Assembly: GCA_002413045.1 (NCBI GenBank)
Contig: DHWF01000012.1
Location: 13,365 to 77,364 of the forward strand
Source: Chloroflexi bacterium UBA5189
GTDB taxonomy: Bacteria; Chloroflexota; Limnocylindria; Limnocylindrales; CSP1-4
Length of the DNA: 64,000 nucleotides
Direction: 5' to 3'
Shown: positions 10,972 through 20,262 of the stretch, piece after piece
How the letters are laid out: each line of letters starts with the position of its first letter
How positions within the stretch are numbered: position 1 is the stretch's first letter
Translations under genes and position numbers: made by a program
The notes under the pieces: generated by a model
Databases searched by the model: none
What the model saw: the letters and a program-made list of their open reading frames with translations, nothing else
Told to the model about the DNA's origin: nothing

Positions 10972-11378
10972 CCAGGCGGCTCCGCGGGCCGTGGCGGGTC
11001 GCGGTGACGGAGGCGTCGATGGTGCCGGCGATCGAGCCGGGTGACTGGCTGGTGGTGAATCCGCTCGCCTCGAGCTGGCCCCGTCGCGGCGCCGTCGTGG
11101 TGTTCCACGAGCCGATCTCGGACGCGCTCGCGATCAAGCGGGTCGAGGCGGGGCCAGGGGAGCGCGTCCGATTCGCCGACGGCTACCTGACCCTCGCGCC
11201 GGACGAAGCCTGGCTCGTCGCGGACGCGCCGGCAGCAGCGACGGCTGCCGCGGGCTTCGGACCGCCGATCGACTCGACGCGGTTCGGGCCGGTCTCGCGC
11301 GACAGGCTCGTGGGTCGCGTCCTGTTCCGCTATGGGCCACTCCGTCGGTTCGGCCGCATCGCGGGAGCGCACGCGTGA
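10917..11378 (+). CDS. sodX: NiSOD maturation protease (S26 signal-peptidase-like)
   Basis: It lies immediately after sodN. The S26 catalytic-Ser context 'EASMVPAIEPGDWLVV' and 'LAIKRVEAGPGERV' are present. The start is uncertain: ATG at 10917 would overlap sodN by 55 nt. Confidence 0.8.
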   Translation: MEDHRWRGEDPRCGSSELTRRLRGPWRVAVTEASMVPAIEPGDWLVVNPLASSWPRRGAVVVFHEPISDALAIKRVEAGPGERVRFADGYLTLAPDEAWLVADAPAAATAAAGFGPPIDSTRFGPVSRDRLVGRVLFRYGPLRRFGRIAGAHA

Positions 11379-12589
11379 TCCGCGACGACTCTGACGCCCC
11401 CCTGCCGCCGGCACCCGACCCGTGGGCCGGCAGCGAGATGCCGGAGCGCCGCGACGGCCCGCCATACCACATGACCGAGATGATCGAGGCCGAACCGGGA
11501 CTGGCGGTGCGCATCCTGGAGCGCCTCGCAGATCCCACAGGCCCCGCGTCGAAGCTGGCCGCCGCGATCCACGAGGCCGCCGAGCGGAACCAGCCAATCG
11601 TCGTCACGGGCTGCGGCACCAGCGAGCACGCGGCGCTCGCGACGGCGGACATCTGGCGCGCCGCACTCCAGACCGCCGGGCTCCCGTGGCAGCTCGGGCG
11701 GGCCGGGACCCCGATCGCGGTGCAGGCATTCGAGGGCGCGCTCGAGGAACGACTCGGCGGCTTCGGCGGCCTCGTCATCGGGATCAGCCACGAAGGCGGC
11801 ACCTGGGCGACGAACCGGGCACTCGAACAGGGCAAGGCGTCCGGGGCCAAGGTCGGCCTGATCACGTGCTCTGTGCGTTCGCCGGGCGCTCGCCTTGCCG
11901 ATTACGTCGTGACCACCGACGAACGGGACGAGAGCTGGTGCCACACGGTCGGCTACCTCTCGCCGATCCTCGCGGCGACGGCCATCGCCGGCCTGCTCAC
12001 CCGGCAGCCGGCGCGGCGCACGGAGGCGCGCGACCTCCTCGCGGCCGGGCTCACCCCCGCGGCGATCACGGCGACGGAGGCCATGGCGGCGGCGCTGGCG
12101 AACGTCGACCGGCTGATCGTGGTCGGGAGCGGCGTCGATCGGCCGGCCGCGCGCGAGCTCGTCCTCAAGGTCGAGGAGGGTGCGCACCTGCCCGCCGCGA
12201 TGCGCGATCTGGAGACGGTCCTCCACGGCCACCTGGCCGGGATGGACGCCCGGACCGGCCTCGTCCTGGTCCTCACCGATTCGGCCCAGGCCGCGGACCG
12301 CGGGTCTCGTGCGGCAGGCGTGCTCCGGGCCGCCGCGACGATCGGGATCAAGGCCGGAGCGATCCTGGGCGCTGGCTACGACGCCACGATTGCCGCGGAC
12401 CTAACGCCAGCGGGTCGCCTGATCGTCCCGACGGCGCCCGGGCTGCCCCCCACCATTGCCTCCCTGCTCGGTTCCGCCGTGCCGCTCCAGCTGCTCACGG
12501 AACGCCTCGCCCGGGCCCGCGGCATCGATCCGGACCCGATCCGCCGCGACGATCCGGCCTACCTCGCCGCCGCGGATGCGGCCGGCTAG
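11375..12589 (+). CDS. Double-SIS-domain sugar-phosphate isomerase/deglycase-like protein (GlmS C-terminal / FrlB-like)
   Basis: 404 aa. 'PYHMTEMIEAEP', 'IVVTGCGTSEHAA' and 'LVIGISHEGGT' are present, and a second SIS-like half contains 'LIVVGSGVDRPAARELVLKVEE'. Its GTG start overlaps the sodX stop (GTGA at 11375-11378). Confidence 0.75.
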   Translation: MIRDDSDAPLPPAPDPWAGSEMPERRDGPPYHMTEMIEAEPGLAVRILERLADPTGPASKLAAAIHEAAERNQPIVVTGCGTSEHAALATADIWRAALQTAGLPWQLGRAGTPIAVQAFEGALEERLGGFGGLVIGISHEGGTWATNRALEQGKASGAKVGLITCSVRSPGARLADYVVTTDERDESWCHTVGYLSPILAATAIAGLLTRQPARRTEARDLLAAGLTPAAITATEAMAAALANVDRLIVVGSGVDRPAARELVLKVEEGAHLPAAMRDLETVLHGHLAGMDARTGLVLVLTDSAQAADRGSRAAGVLRAAATIGIKAGAILGAGYDATIAADLTPAGRLIVPTAPGLPPTIASLLGSAVPLQLLTERLARARGIDPDPIRRDDPAYLAAADAAG

Positions 12590-12604
12590 CGCGAGCCAGC
12601 GAGG

Positions 12605-13585
12605 TCAGACCTTCCCGACGAGCTCCTTCGCCACGAGGTCGATCATGTCGCTATCGCGGGGGAGGAGGTCCTGGAGCATGATCCGCTCGATCCCGGCCTC
12701 CGCGTAGCGCCGGACCATCGCGCGGGCCTCGTCCGGCGTCCCGATGATCCAGCGGCTCCGGCGCTTGTCCAGGTACTCCCGGGCGTCGCCGGATCCGCCG
12801 ACGGTCACGAGCAGATCCGCCGCCCGCCGCTCCACCTCGGCGTCCGTCGCGCCGACGAGCACGCCGACCATCGCCGAGCGGGTGAGTGAATTCGGATCGC
12901 GGCCGATCGCGGCGCACGCCGCGTCGAGCTGCGCCTCCTTCTCCCGCGCGATGTCCGGCGTCGAGGACGACAGGTTGAACTCGTCGGAGTAGCGAGCGGC
13001 CATCCGGAAGCCCCGTGGCGAACCCTCGCTCCCGGTGATAATCCGCGGCCGCGTCCGCCCGTTCCGCCCGATCGGCCGGCCGGCGCGCTGGACGGGCCCC
13101 GCCACGAGCGCGCCGCCGCGCACGGCGACCTGGTGCCCATCGAATGTCCAGCCCGGCGCCTCCTCCCACAGCCCGTGGAGCAGCGCGAGCTGGTCCTCCA
13201 TGAGGTTGGCCCGCTCTTCGATCGAGGGGAACGGCAGCCCCAGCGGCTCGTGGTCGGCCTCGTTCCAGCCGGCCCCCACGCCAACCTCGATGCGCCCGCC
13301 GCTCATCTGGTCGACGGTCGTGACCAGCTTCACGAAGTTGCCCGGGTGCCGGAACGTGACCGGGCTGACCAGCGTGCCCAGCCCGATCGTCGACGTCTCG
13401 CGGGCGAGGCCGGCAAGGATCGCCCAGGCGTCGGTCGTCGGCTGGCCGCTGTCGCCCGGGAAGGACGCGTAGTGGTCGCTCCGGAACAGCGTCTCGAAGC
13501 CGCCCGCCTCTGCGCGGCGTGCGATCGACAGCTGGTCCTCGTAGGAGAGCCCCTGCTGGGCCTCGATCATCAGCGCGAAGCGCAT
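12605..13585 (-). CDS. LLM-class (luciferase-like) F420-dependent oxidoreductase, probable
   Basis: 326 aa. 'MRFALMIEAQQGLSYEDQLSIARRAEAGGFETLFRSDHY', 'GRIEVGVGAGW' and 'GTPDEARAMVRRYAEAGIERIML' fit the luciferase-like monooxygenase family. Confidence 0.85.
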   Translation of the reverse strand: MRFALMIEAQQGLSYEDQLSIARRAEAGGFETLFRSDHYASFPGDSGQPTTDAWAILAGLARETSTIGLGTLVSPVTFRHPGNFVKLVTTVDQMSGGRIEVGVGAGWNEADHEPLGLPFPSIEERANLMEDQLALLHGLWEEAPGWTFDGHQVAVRGGALVAGPVQRAGRPIGRNGRTRPRIITGSEGSPRGFRMAARYSDEFNLSSSTPDIAREKEAQLDAACAAIGRDPNSLTRSAMVGVLVGATDAEVERRAADLLVTVGGSGDAREYLDKRRSRWIIGTPDEARAMVRRYAEAGIERIMLQDLLPRDSDMIDLVAKELVGKV

Positions 13586-13621
13586 CGATTTGCCTCCGGC
13601 CGGCGCCGCCGAACCTTGATG

Positions 13622-13649
13622 TTGACGAAATCATTCATGTCGGTAGAAT
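13622..13649 (+). promoter_or_regulatory. Candidate sigma70-type promoter for the marR-MFS operon
   Basis: TTGACG (13622-13627), a 16-nt spacer, then TAGAAT (13644-13649). It sits in the only clearly AT-richer stretch of the 12605/13648 divergent intergenic region. The -10 overlaps the ATG at 13648, so the ATG at 13660 may be the real, near-leaderless start. Confidence 0.4.
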
Positions 13650-14160
13650 GCTTCATGATATGCGAAATACTGTTAACGCCACCGACCCCACGGACGTCGA
13701 CGCCATCCTGACAGAAGTCGCCGGATGGATGGCCGACCTGCGCTGCGCGTCGATGGGTCGCCTCGTCCAGGGCCACGTGAGCCTGACCCAGATGCACGTG
13801 CTGTGGCTGCTCCAGCACCACGGCGAAATGTCGATGGGCCGGCTCGCCGAGCTCCTGGACGTCTCGATGTCAAACGCCACCGGGCTCATCGACCGGATGG
13901 AGGAGCACGGTCTCATCGAGCGCGTCCGCGTGCCCGACGACCGTCGCATCGTGCTCGTCCGGCCGGCGGATGCCGGTCTTCGCGCCGTCTCCGAGACGGA
14001 GACAACCAAGCGCGAGCGGATGCGTGCCGTGCTCGGCCGTCTCCCCGCCACCGAGCAACCCATCGTCCTCGCCGCGTTGCGCAGCCTTCGGCGCGCGCTC
14101 TCGGCAGAGGCAGGTGAGGATCTCGTTCACGAGCACCATTTCGCCGAATCGGCGAGCTGA
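13648..14160 (+). CDS. MarR family transcriptional regulator
   Basis: 'LTQMHVLWLLQHHGEMSMGRLAELLDVSMSNATGLIDRMEEHGLIERVRVPDDRRIVLVR' is a winged-HTH MarR core. The track ORF upstream of 13648 is Arg/Pro-rich and overlaps the promoter region. Confidence 0.85.
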   Translation: MLHDMRNTVNATDPTDVDAILTEVAGWMADLRCASMGRLVQGHVSLTQMHVLWLLQHHGEMSMGRLAELLDVSMSNATGLIDRMEEHGLIERVRVPDDRRIVLVRPADAGLRAVSETETTKRERMRAVLGRLPATEQPIVLAALRSLRRALSAEAGEDLVHEHHFAESAS

Positions 14161-14222
14161 CCAAAGGCCAGCGTCCACCGGCCACCCACGGCCCAATGCC
14201 CCCAGCAGTCGAAGGAAGTGCA

Positions 14223-15896
14223 ATGGAATCGTTCCCGGCAGAAGCCACCAAGACACCATCGATCGACGAGGATCCCGCGCTCGGCCTGAGTCAGCGCACG
14301 AAGTTCGAGATCCTCGGGGCGATCATGCTCGGGCTGTTCCTCGGAGCGCTCGACCAGACGATCGTCGGTCCAGTGCTTCCGACCATCGTCACGCAGCTGC
14401 ACGGCGCCGACCTGTACACCTGGGTCGTCACGGTGTACCTGCTGACCAGCACCGTATCGGTGCCGATCTACGGCAAGCTGTCGGACCTGTACGGTCGCAA
14501 GCAGCTCCTCGTCGGCGGCATCGTCCTGTTCCTGATCGGCTCGGCGCTGTCCGGGCTCAGCCAGGAGATGTGGCAGCTGATCCTGTTCCGCGGCATCCAG
14601 GGCCTTGGCGCCGGCGCGCTGTTCCCGATCTCGCTGGCGGTGATCGGTGACCTGTTCTCACCCGCCGAGCGCGGCAAGTACCAGGGCCTGTTCGGTCTCG
14701 TCTTCGGTGTCTCGTTCATCATCGGGCCGCTCCTCGGCGGCTTCCTGACGACCACCTTCTCGTGGCACTGGATCTTCTACGTCAACATCCCGGTTGGCCT
14801 GGTTGCCCTGTTCGTGATCGGACGGCTGCTGCCCAACATTCACCACGCGCCAAAAGACGCGCGCATCGACTGGCTCGGCGTCGCAACACTGGTGCTCGGC
14901 CTCGTGCCGATCCTGATCGGCTTCACCCAGGCCGAGACCCTCGCCTTCACGGATCCGAACGTCTGGGCCTGGATGCTCGCGGGTGCGGTCTTCCTCGTGA
15001 TCTTCGTGATCATCGAGGGTCGGGTCGCCCAGCCGATCATTCCGCTCCACCTATTCCGGAACAGGACGTTCTCGGCATCGATGGTCTCGATCTTCTTCGC
15101 GACGTTCGGCTTCGGCGCGTCGATCATCTTCCTGCCGCTGTACTTCCAGGTCGTCGAAGGCGCCGACCCGACCACGTCGGGGCTGAAGCTCTTCCCGTTC
15201 CTCATCGGGCTGATCGGTTCGTCGATCGGTTCGGGCTTCATCGTCAGCCGGACCGGGCGGTACAAGGCGATCGTCGTCGGCGGCCTGGTGATCCTGACGA
15301 TCGGCCTCGCGCTGATGACCCAGCTCCGCTACACCACGGACGACGTCGTGCTGTGGGCGTGGATGTTCGTCGCCGGCCTCGGCGTCGGCCCGACGTTCGC
15401 GGTCTTCACGATCATCGTCCAGAACTCCGTGGACTTCCACGAGATGGGCACGGCGACCAGCGACCTGACGCTGTTCCGGCAGATCGGGACCACGGTCGGC
15501 ATCGCCATGGCGTTCACCCTGTTCCGGGACAACCTGACATGGAGCCTGCTCCATGACCGGATCATCGCGGCTGGGGCGCCGGCGGCACTCGTGCCGGCGA
15601 CGCCTCCGGCGGGGTTCGACCTGGGTGCCCTGACCTCTGTCGGCAACACGTCGAGTCCACTTGCCTTCCTGAGTCAGCTGCCGGCCGCAGCGCAGCAGAT
15701 CTTCCTGAACGGCTTCCACGATGCCTTCACCCTGTCGATCTCGAACAGCATGTGGCTGGGCGTCGGAGCGGCTGCCGTAGCCGTGCTCGGCGCCCTGGCG
15801 CTCAAGGAGATCCCGCTCCGCAAGACCGCGAGCCCCGGTGCGCAGCGCATGGCGGACGCTCGCGCGGATGCCAATCGGTTGCCGGCCGTCGACTGA
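14223..15896 (+). CDS. MFS transporter, DHA2 (EmrB/QacA-type, 14-TMS) drug:H+ antiporter
   Basis: 'LGLFLGALDQTIVGPVLPTI', 'GKLSDLYGRKQLL' and 'FRGIQGLGAGALFP' are present in a long polytopic profile. The start is taken at the ATG at 14223; 14196 is also possible. Confidence 0.9.
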   Translation: MESFPAEATKTPSIDEDPALGLSQRTKFEILGAIMLGLFLGALDQTIVGPVLPTIVTQLHGADLYTWVVTVYLLTSTVSVPIYGKLSDLYGRKQLLVGGIVLFLIGSALSGLSQEMWQLILFRGIQGLGAGALFPISLAVIGDLFSPAERGKYQGLFGLVFGVSFIIGPLLGGFLTTTFSWHWIFYVNIPVGLVALFVIGRLLPNIHHAPKDARIDWLGVATLVLGLVPILIGFTQAETLAFTDPNVWAWMLAGAVFLVIFVIIEGRVAQPIIPLHLFRNRTFSASMVSIFFATFGFGASIIFLPLYFQVVEGADPTTSGLKLFPFLIGLIGSSIGSGFIVSRTGRYKAIVVGGLVILTIGLALMTQLRYTTDDVVLWAWMFVAGLGVGPTFAVFTIIVQNSVDFHEMGTATSDLTLFRQIGTTVGIAMAFTLFRDNLTWSLLHDRIIAAGAPAALVPATPPAGFDLGALTSVGNTSSPLAFLSQLPAAAQQIFLNGFHDAFTLSISNSMWLGVGAAAVAVLGALALKEIPLRKTASPGAQRMADARADANRLPAVD

Positions 15897-15915
15897 CGGA
15901 TACCCTTCCCTGCAC

Positions 15916-15959
15916 ACGACCCCGGCGCGGACCAACCGCCCGGGGTCGTTTTCGTCTTT
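15916..15959 (+). terminator. Rho-independent terminator after the MFS gene
   Basis: A perfect 10-bp stem, acgaccccgg (15916-15925) with ccggggtcgt (15940-15949), encloses a 14-nt loop and is followed by tttcgtcttt. Confidence 0.7.
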
Positions 15960-15976
15960 GCGACTAGGATCGGGGC

Positions 15977-16465
15977 GTGATCTCGACCCCGATCGTCGCT
16001 CCCATCCCACGCGGCCTGACCGCGATCGGCGCGGGTGCGGCCGCATTCGTGTCGGCCCTGCCGGCAGCCGACCTCGCACCGGGCGCGATGCGTCGGGTCA
16101 CGTTCGGTGACCTCGACGTCCTGTTCGCCTATACGTCGAACGGGATCGTTGCCGTCGACGATCGATGCCCGCACATGGCGGCGCCCCTGTCGATCGGGTC
16201 GCTGGACGACTGTGTCGTCAACTGCCCGCTCCACGACGGGCGGTTCGACCTGGCGACGGGCGAGGTCGCCCGGATGCCCACGACCGGTGGGCTGCTCCCG
16301 GACGGCACCTACGTCCCGGTCTGGACCCCGGAGGGCAAGGATCCCAAGCCCGATCCGCCGGGCTTGAAGGCGGAGGCTCGCCGGCTAACCCGCGTCCGGA
16401 GGTTCCGGTACTACCCGGTGCGGATCAGCGGCGGCATGATCGAGGTGGCGATCCCGGCCGGCTGA
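15977..16465 (+). CDS. Rieske [2Fe-2S] domain protein
   Basis: 'DDRCPHMAAPL' followed 17 residues later by 'NCPLHDGRF' gives the C-x-H...C-x2-H Rieske ligands. There is an extended C-terminal insert. Confidence 0.85.
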   Translation: MISTPIVAPIPRGLTAIGAGAAAFVSALPAADLAPGAMRRVTFGDLDVLFAYTSNGIVAVDDRCPHMAAPLSIGSLDDCVVNCPLHDGRFDLATGEVARMPTTGGLLPDGTYVPVWTPEGKDPKPDPPGLKAEARRLTRVRRFRYYPVRISGGMIEVAIPAG

Positions 16466-17299
16466 TCAGGCCTCGCCGGCCGCCTCCATGCGCCGGCGCG
16501 AGCCTTCCTTGACGAGCCGGACGGCCTCCGCCGGATCGTCGGTGATCGTCACGAGGTCGACGTCGTCGGCCGCGATCATCCCCTGCTCGAGCAGCGTCTT
16601 CCGGATGTAGTCGACCAGCCCGCCGAAGAACTCGCTGCCGACCAGGACCACAGGAAAGTGCCGGATCTTGCCGGTCTGGATGAGTGTCAGCGCCTCGAAC
16701 AGCTCGTCCATCGTGCCGAAGCCGCCGGGCAGGATCACGAAGCCGTCCGCGTACTTCACGAACATGACTTTGCGGGCGAAGAAGTACCGAAACTCCACGC
16801 CGAGGTCGACGTACGGGTTGATGTCCTGCTCGTGGGGCAGCTCGACGTTGCAGCCGATCGACAGGCCGCCGCCCTCCTGGCAGCCGCGGTTGGCCGCCTC
16901 CATCACCCCGGGCCCGCCGCCGGTGATCACGGCGTAGCCCTCGCGCGCGAGCAGGCGACCGATCTCGCGCGCCTGGTCGTACGCGGGCGAGCCTTCGTGC
17001 ACGCGCGCCGAGCCGAAGACGGTGATCGCCGGCCCGATCTCCGCCATCGCATCGAAGCCCTCGACGAACTCGCTCATGATCCGGAGCGCCCGCCACGGAT
17101 CCGTGTCGAGGAAGGCCGGCCGCTCGGTGCGCTCGAGGAGCTTGCGATCCTCCGTCATCGTCGGGTCGCCGGGCATCTTCTTGCCGATGTCGCGGCCCAT
17201 CACCGTCCGCCCGGAGCGCCGGTGCTCGCCGATCGGCTCGCCAGTGGCGTCGGGCTTGGCGGCCTTCCCGCGCTGTGGTCCGCCGCCTCGCTCCGGCAT
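16466..17299 (-). CDS. LOG family protein (TIGR00730; cytokinin riboside 5'-monophosphate phosphoribohydrolase-like)
   Basis: 'VFGSARV', 'AVITGGGPGVMEAANRG' and 'LPGGFGTMDELFEALTLIQTGK' are present. The start is uncertain, and internal ATGs at 17200, 17176 or 17158 are more likely. The stop abuts the Rieske gene stop. Confidence 0.85.
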   Translation of the reverse strand: MPERGGGPQRGKAAKPDATGEPIGEHRRSGRTVMGRDIGKKMPGDPTMTEDRKLLERTERPAFLDTDPWRALRIMSEFVEGFDAMAEIGPAITVFGSARVHEGSPAYDQAREIGRLLAREGYAVITGGGPGVMEAANRGCQEGGGLSIGCNVELPHEQDINPYVDLGVEFRYFFARKVMFVKYADGFVILPGGFGTMDELFEALTLIQTGKIRHFPVVLVGSEFFGGLVDYIRKTLLEQGMIAADDVDLVTITDDPAEAVRLVKEGSRRRMEAAGEA

Positions 17300-17544
17300 T
17301 CGTCGCCTCCTCGATCAGCGCCTCATCGCGCCCTTCGGCGCATCCTACGACGGTGCGCGATCGAACTCGCTGGACCATTGCTGTCGTCGTCGGCCTCGTG
17401 GGACTCGTCTGGATCCTCCAGGGCCTCGGCGTCCCGATCGGCGGCAGCTTCATGGTCGGCAACATGTTCTGGGCGTATGCCGGCGGCGCGCTGCTGATCG
17501 GCGCCTTCGTGTATGCCGCCTGGCCGCGGCTGCGCCAGCGCTGA
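17275..17544 (+). CDS. Small two-helix membrane protein (hypothetical)
   Basis: Only the C-terminal ~60 aa ('WTIAVVVGLVGLVWILQGLG...AYAGGALLIGAFVYAAWP') look protein-like. GTG at 17353 is an alternative start. No family was recognised. Confidence 0.4.
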   Translation: MVRRLAPAFVASSISASSRPSAHPTTVRDRTRWTIAVVVGLVGLVWILQGLGVPIGGSFMVGNMFWAYAGGALLIGAFVYAAWPRLRQR

Positions 17545-17858
17545 CACCGAGGCCGCGGGGGGCGCGGTTGCAAGCTCGTGCGTGCGCGAGCGTCGGCGAG
17601 GCAACCGTCTCGCCGAACTTGCCGACGATGATCGCCAGGCGATCTTTTCCAAGGGTTCGCGGGCCATTTGACCTTTCACGCGCCAGATCGACCGCGAGGA
17701 GGTACTCGCCCACGCACGAACCGAGGTCCGCCCGGGCGCTGGATTGCGGCTCGACCGCATCGGCAATCCCAAATGCCGACCGAAGTGCCAGAAATGATCG
17801 CGGCGCCATCATCGATCGTGCTTTCGATGCCAGGCCGGTACCCGCGCGCCGGTCCGAA

Positions 17859-18335
17859 CTAGGCCGTCCTGCTCGGGTCCCTCGGTTCGAGGACGACAAT
17901 CGCCGTCTCCGTCGCACGGTTCTCGACGAACGGCTTGTTGCCGGGGAATAGCGCCCACAGCCGGTCGCGCTCCTCGCCGACCGCAGCTCGTGCCCGAACC
18001 TTCAGCGTTTGGCCCTTGAGCTCGATGGTCGCGTCTGGGTGCGCCTGCAGGTTCACCCACCACGCGGGGTTGCCCTCCATCCAGCCGTTCATGGCAACGG
18101 TCACGATGTTCGGGCCGTCCTCGTGGTAGCCCAGGATCGCGATCCGCTCCTTGCCGGACTTGCGCCCGATCGTATGGAGCCGGAACGTCCCCCACTTCTC
18201 CGGAGTCGCGCGCCACAGCCCGCGCCGACCGCCGCTCCAGCGAAATATCGCCCGGTGCACCGCCCAGGCGATCCGGATGAACCAATTCGGCGGCATTCTC
18301 GGCCGCTTCTGGATCGTGCCGCCGGGGTCGCTCAT
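17859..18335 (-). CDS. Deazaflavin (F420H2)-dependent nitroreductase family protein (Ddn-like)
   Basis: This is the C-terminal 158 aa of the 350-aa track ORF, starting at ATG 18335. 'LHTIGRKSGKERIAILGYHEDG', 'NPAWWVNLQAHP' and 'RAAVGEERDRLW' fit PF04075-type proteins. Confidence 0.85.
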   Translation of the reverse strand: MSDPGGTIQKRPRMPPNWFIRIAWAVHRAIFRWSGGRRGLWRATPEKWGTFRLHTIGRKSGKERIAILGYHEDGPNIVTVAMNGWMEGNPAWWVNLQAHPDATIELKGQTLKVRARAAVGEERDRLWALFPGNKPFVENRATETAIVVLEPRDPSRTA

Positions 18336-18345
18336 GGGTCGTCCG

Positions 18346-18834
18346 CTATCGACCCGCGAGCTCGTCATATCGAGCGAGCTCGTCGGCGAGGGCGAGTCGT
18401 CGGCGGTGCTGGCCGGTCGTGGGCGCCTCAGCGTTGACCCGTGCGATGGACGCGTTGACCTCGGTGACAAGGCGCTCCAACGCGAGCCGGTCCCGGCGCT
18501 GGGCGGATTCAGATGGAGCCGGACCGCTCGACGCCCGGGCGAAGATCGCGTCGCGGCGCGCCAGGAGCACGCGCACCTCCTTGTCCGCCTCGATCCAGGG
18601 AGGGGCGAAGCCAGCGTTCCGCAGCACGCGGAACGCGAGGCCCCATTCACCGGCATAGGGGTTCTCGTCGTTCGGCAGTGGCTTGCCCTGGTGGGGCAGG
18701 TTGTCGAACTTGCCCTCGTCGATCGCCTGCCGAATCTGCCGCTCGATGAGCGTCTCCCGTGAGGAGCCCGGCTTTCCAAGCGGATCGGCGTAGTGGTGCG
18801 GCGATTCCCGTTCCTCGTCAGAAGACCTGGACAT
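18346..18834 (-). CDS. DUF1992 (DnaJC28-like) domain protein
   Basis: 'IERQIRQAIDEGKFDNLPHQGKPLPNDENPY...WGLAFRVLRNAGFAPPWIE' is the characteristic DUF1992 core. Confidence 0.75.
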   Translation of the reverse strand: MSRSSDEERESPHHYADPLGKPGSSRETLIERQIRQAIDEGKFDNLPHQGKPLPNDENPYAGEWGLAFRVLRNAGFAPPWIEADKEVRVLLARRDAIFARASSGPAPSESAQRRDRLALERLVTEVNASIARVNAEAPTTGQHRRRLALADELARYDELAGR

Positions 18835-18870
18835 GGCGCCATCCTTGCACGTACGACATCGAAGGAATCG

Positions 18871-20118
18871 CTACTCGTGGATTGCCTGCCACGTCCGGCC
18901 GCCATCGGCACTCAGGGCCAGGACCTGTGGGTTGCCCGAGTTGCCTCCGACCAGGTCGAGGCCGAGCAGCCGTGTCTCACCGACGAGCGCAATCTGCTGG
19001 AAGCTGCCCGCGGGCACGCCGGACGGGTGGACGGCGCGCCACGTGGCGCCACCGTCGGTCGTGACCTCGAGCGTCGACGGCACGCCCGATAGTGCGGCGA
19101 TCCAGCTTGTCGCGCTGAGGAAGGCCATCGAGCCGTTGACGTCGAAAGCCAGGCTCGCCCTATGCGTCCAGGTATGGCCGCCGTCGGCGGTCGAGTAGAC
19201 CAGCGTCCTCGGGTTTCCAGATGTGTCGCCGGTCGTGGCCTCATCTGAGCTCGTGAGCGCGAACAGGCCCACGTCGGAGCCAAGGAACCTCGGTGGACCG
19301 AGGGGCAGGTTCTGCACGCCGCCCCACCGTGCCAGCAGACCCGGCAGCGGGACCGCCGCCCATGTCCGCCCGCCGTCATGGCTGACCGCCAGGATCGGGT
19401 GGTTGATGGGCCCCGCCTCCCCTTGCGCGGCGGCCCAGATCGTCGCATCTCCGCTGACCGAGATGAGCGAGCCCAGCGAGCCCTGGTCGCCCGCTTCGAC
19501 GGTCTGGACGGTCGCCCACGTCGCGCCACCGTCATCGCTTCGGAGGATCGTGCTCGCGTTCCGACTGCTCCGGCCGGCCGACACCATCAGGTAGCCGTGG
19601 CGAGCGTCGACGAAGACGAGCGATCTCTCGGTATCGGGGTAGTCGCCGGGAACGGTCGCCGTGTCCCAGGTTCGCCCGCCGTCGATCGTCCGGTTGACGA
19701 TCAGATCGACGTGATCGAACGTCGGCCCGTTGCCGCTGTCGACCGAGCCCGGGGTGGCCGTGACCACCCACGCGTGGGTCGAGTCGAGAACGAAGGTCGG
19801 AGACGTCCGATAGGTCGACTCCGGCGGCGGCATCGTGGCGCGGCTCCATGAGGACCCGAGGTCGCTCGAGATGGCGAGCACATTGGCGCTGACCGTCCAG
19901 ATGGCGCCTGTCGGCGACACGCCGAGCAAGTCGATCGCCTCCCCGACGGTAGGAACGCTCGTCGGCGCTGGCGCGAGTGGCGGCACGGTCGGTGCGGCGG
20001 AGGGGGAGCTCGGGATCGCGGCGGTGGATGCGCTCGGCGCCGGCGTTGGAGTCAACGTGCATGCGGCGGTGCCAAGCACGAGCGCTGCCAGGAGGGTCCC
20101 GCTTCGACGACCGATCAT
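18871..20118 (-). CDS. Lipoprotein with BNR/Asp-box repeats (Ycf48/sialidase-like beta-propeller)
   Basis: The signal peptide carries the lipobox 'LGTAAC'. Asp-boxes recur: 'SSDLGSSW', 'TIDGGRTW', 'SDDGGATW', 'SHDGGRTW', 'TADGGHTW', 'TTDGGATW', 'SADGGRTW'. Confidence 0.8.
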   Translation of the reverse strand: MIGRRSGTLLAALVLGTAACTLTPTPAPSASTAAIPSSPSAAPTVPPLAPAPTSVPTVGEAIDLLGVSPTGAIWTVSANVLAISSDLGSSWSRATMPPPESTYRTSPTFVLDSTHAWVVTATPGSVDSGNGPTFDHVDLIVNRTIDGGRTWDTATVPGDYPDTERSLVFVDARHGYLMVSAGRSSRNASTILRSDDGGATWATVQTVEAGDQGSLGSLISVSGDATIWAAAQGEAGPINHPILAVSHDGGRTWAAVPLPGLLARWGGVQNLPLGPPRFLGSDVGLFALTSSDEATTGDTSGNPRTLVYSTADGGHTWTHRASLAFDVNGSMAFLSATSWIAALSGVPSTLEVTTDGGATWRAVHPSGVPAGSFQQIALVGETRLLGLDLVGGNSGNPQVLALSADGGRTWQAIHE

Positions 20119-20262
20119 TGCGGGGCCCCGACGTGATCGTGATCGACGATGTCGTGCCTCATACCGGCTCGCTCAGCGTGCGGCAATGTCACGTGGTCGA
20201 CCAACTGACCGAAGAGCCAGACAATCGCCCTGCCATCTCGAAATCGATCGCCTCCCGTGACA

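Noticed and set aside
17450-17917. The 155-aa minus-strand ORF spanning the 314-nt gap as a real gene.
   Set aside because: Only about 50 central residues look protein-like. The N- and C-terminal parts are Arg-rich junk. It overlaps the neighbouring genes at both ends (17275..17544 on the opposite strand and 17859..18335 on the same strand). No motif was recognised. It is kept only as a low-interest note.
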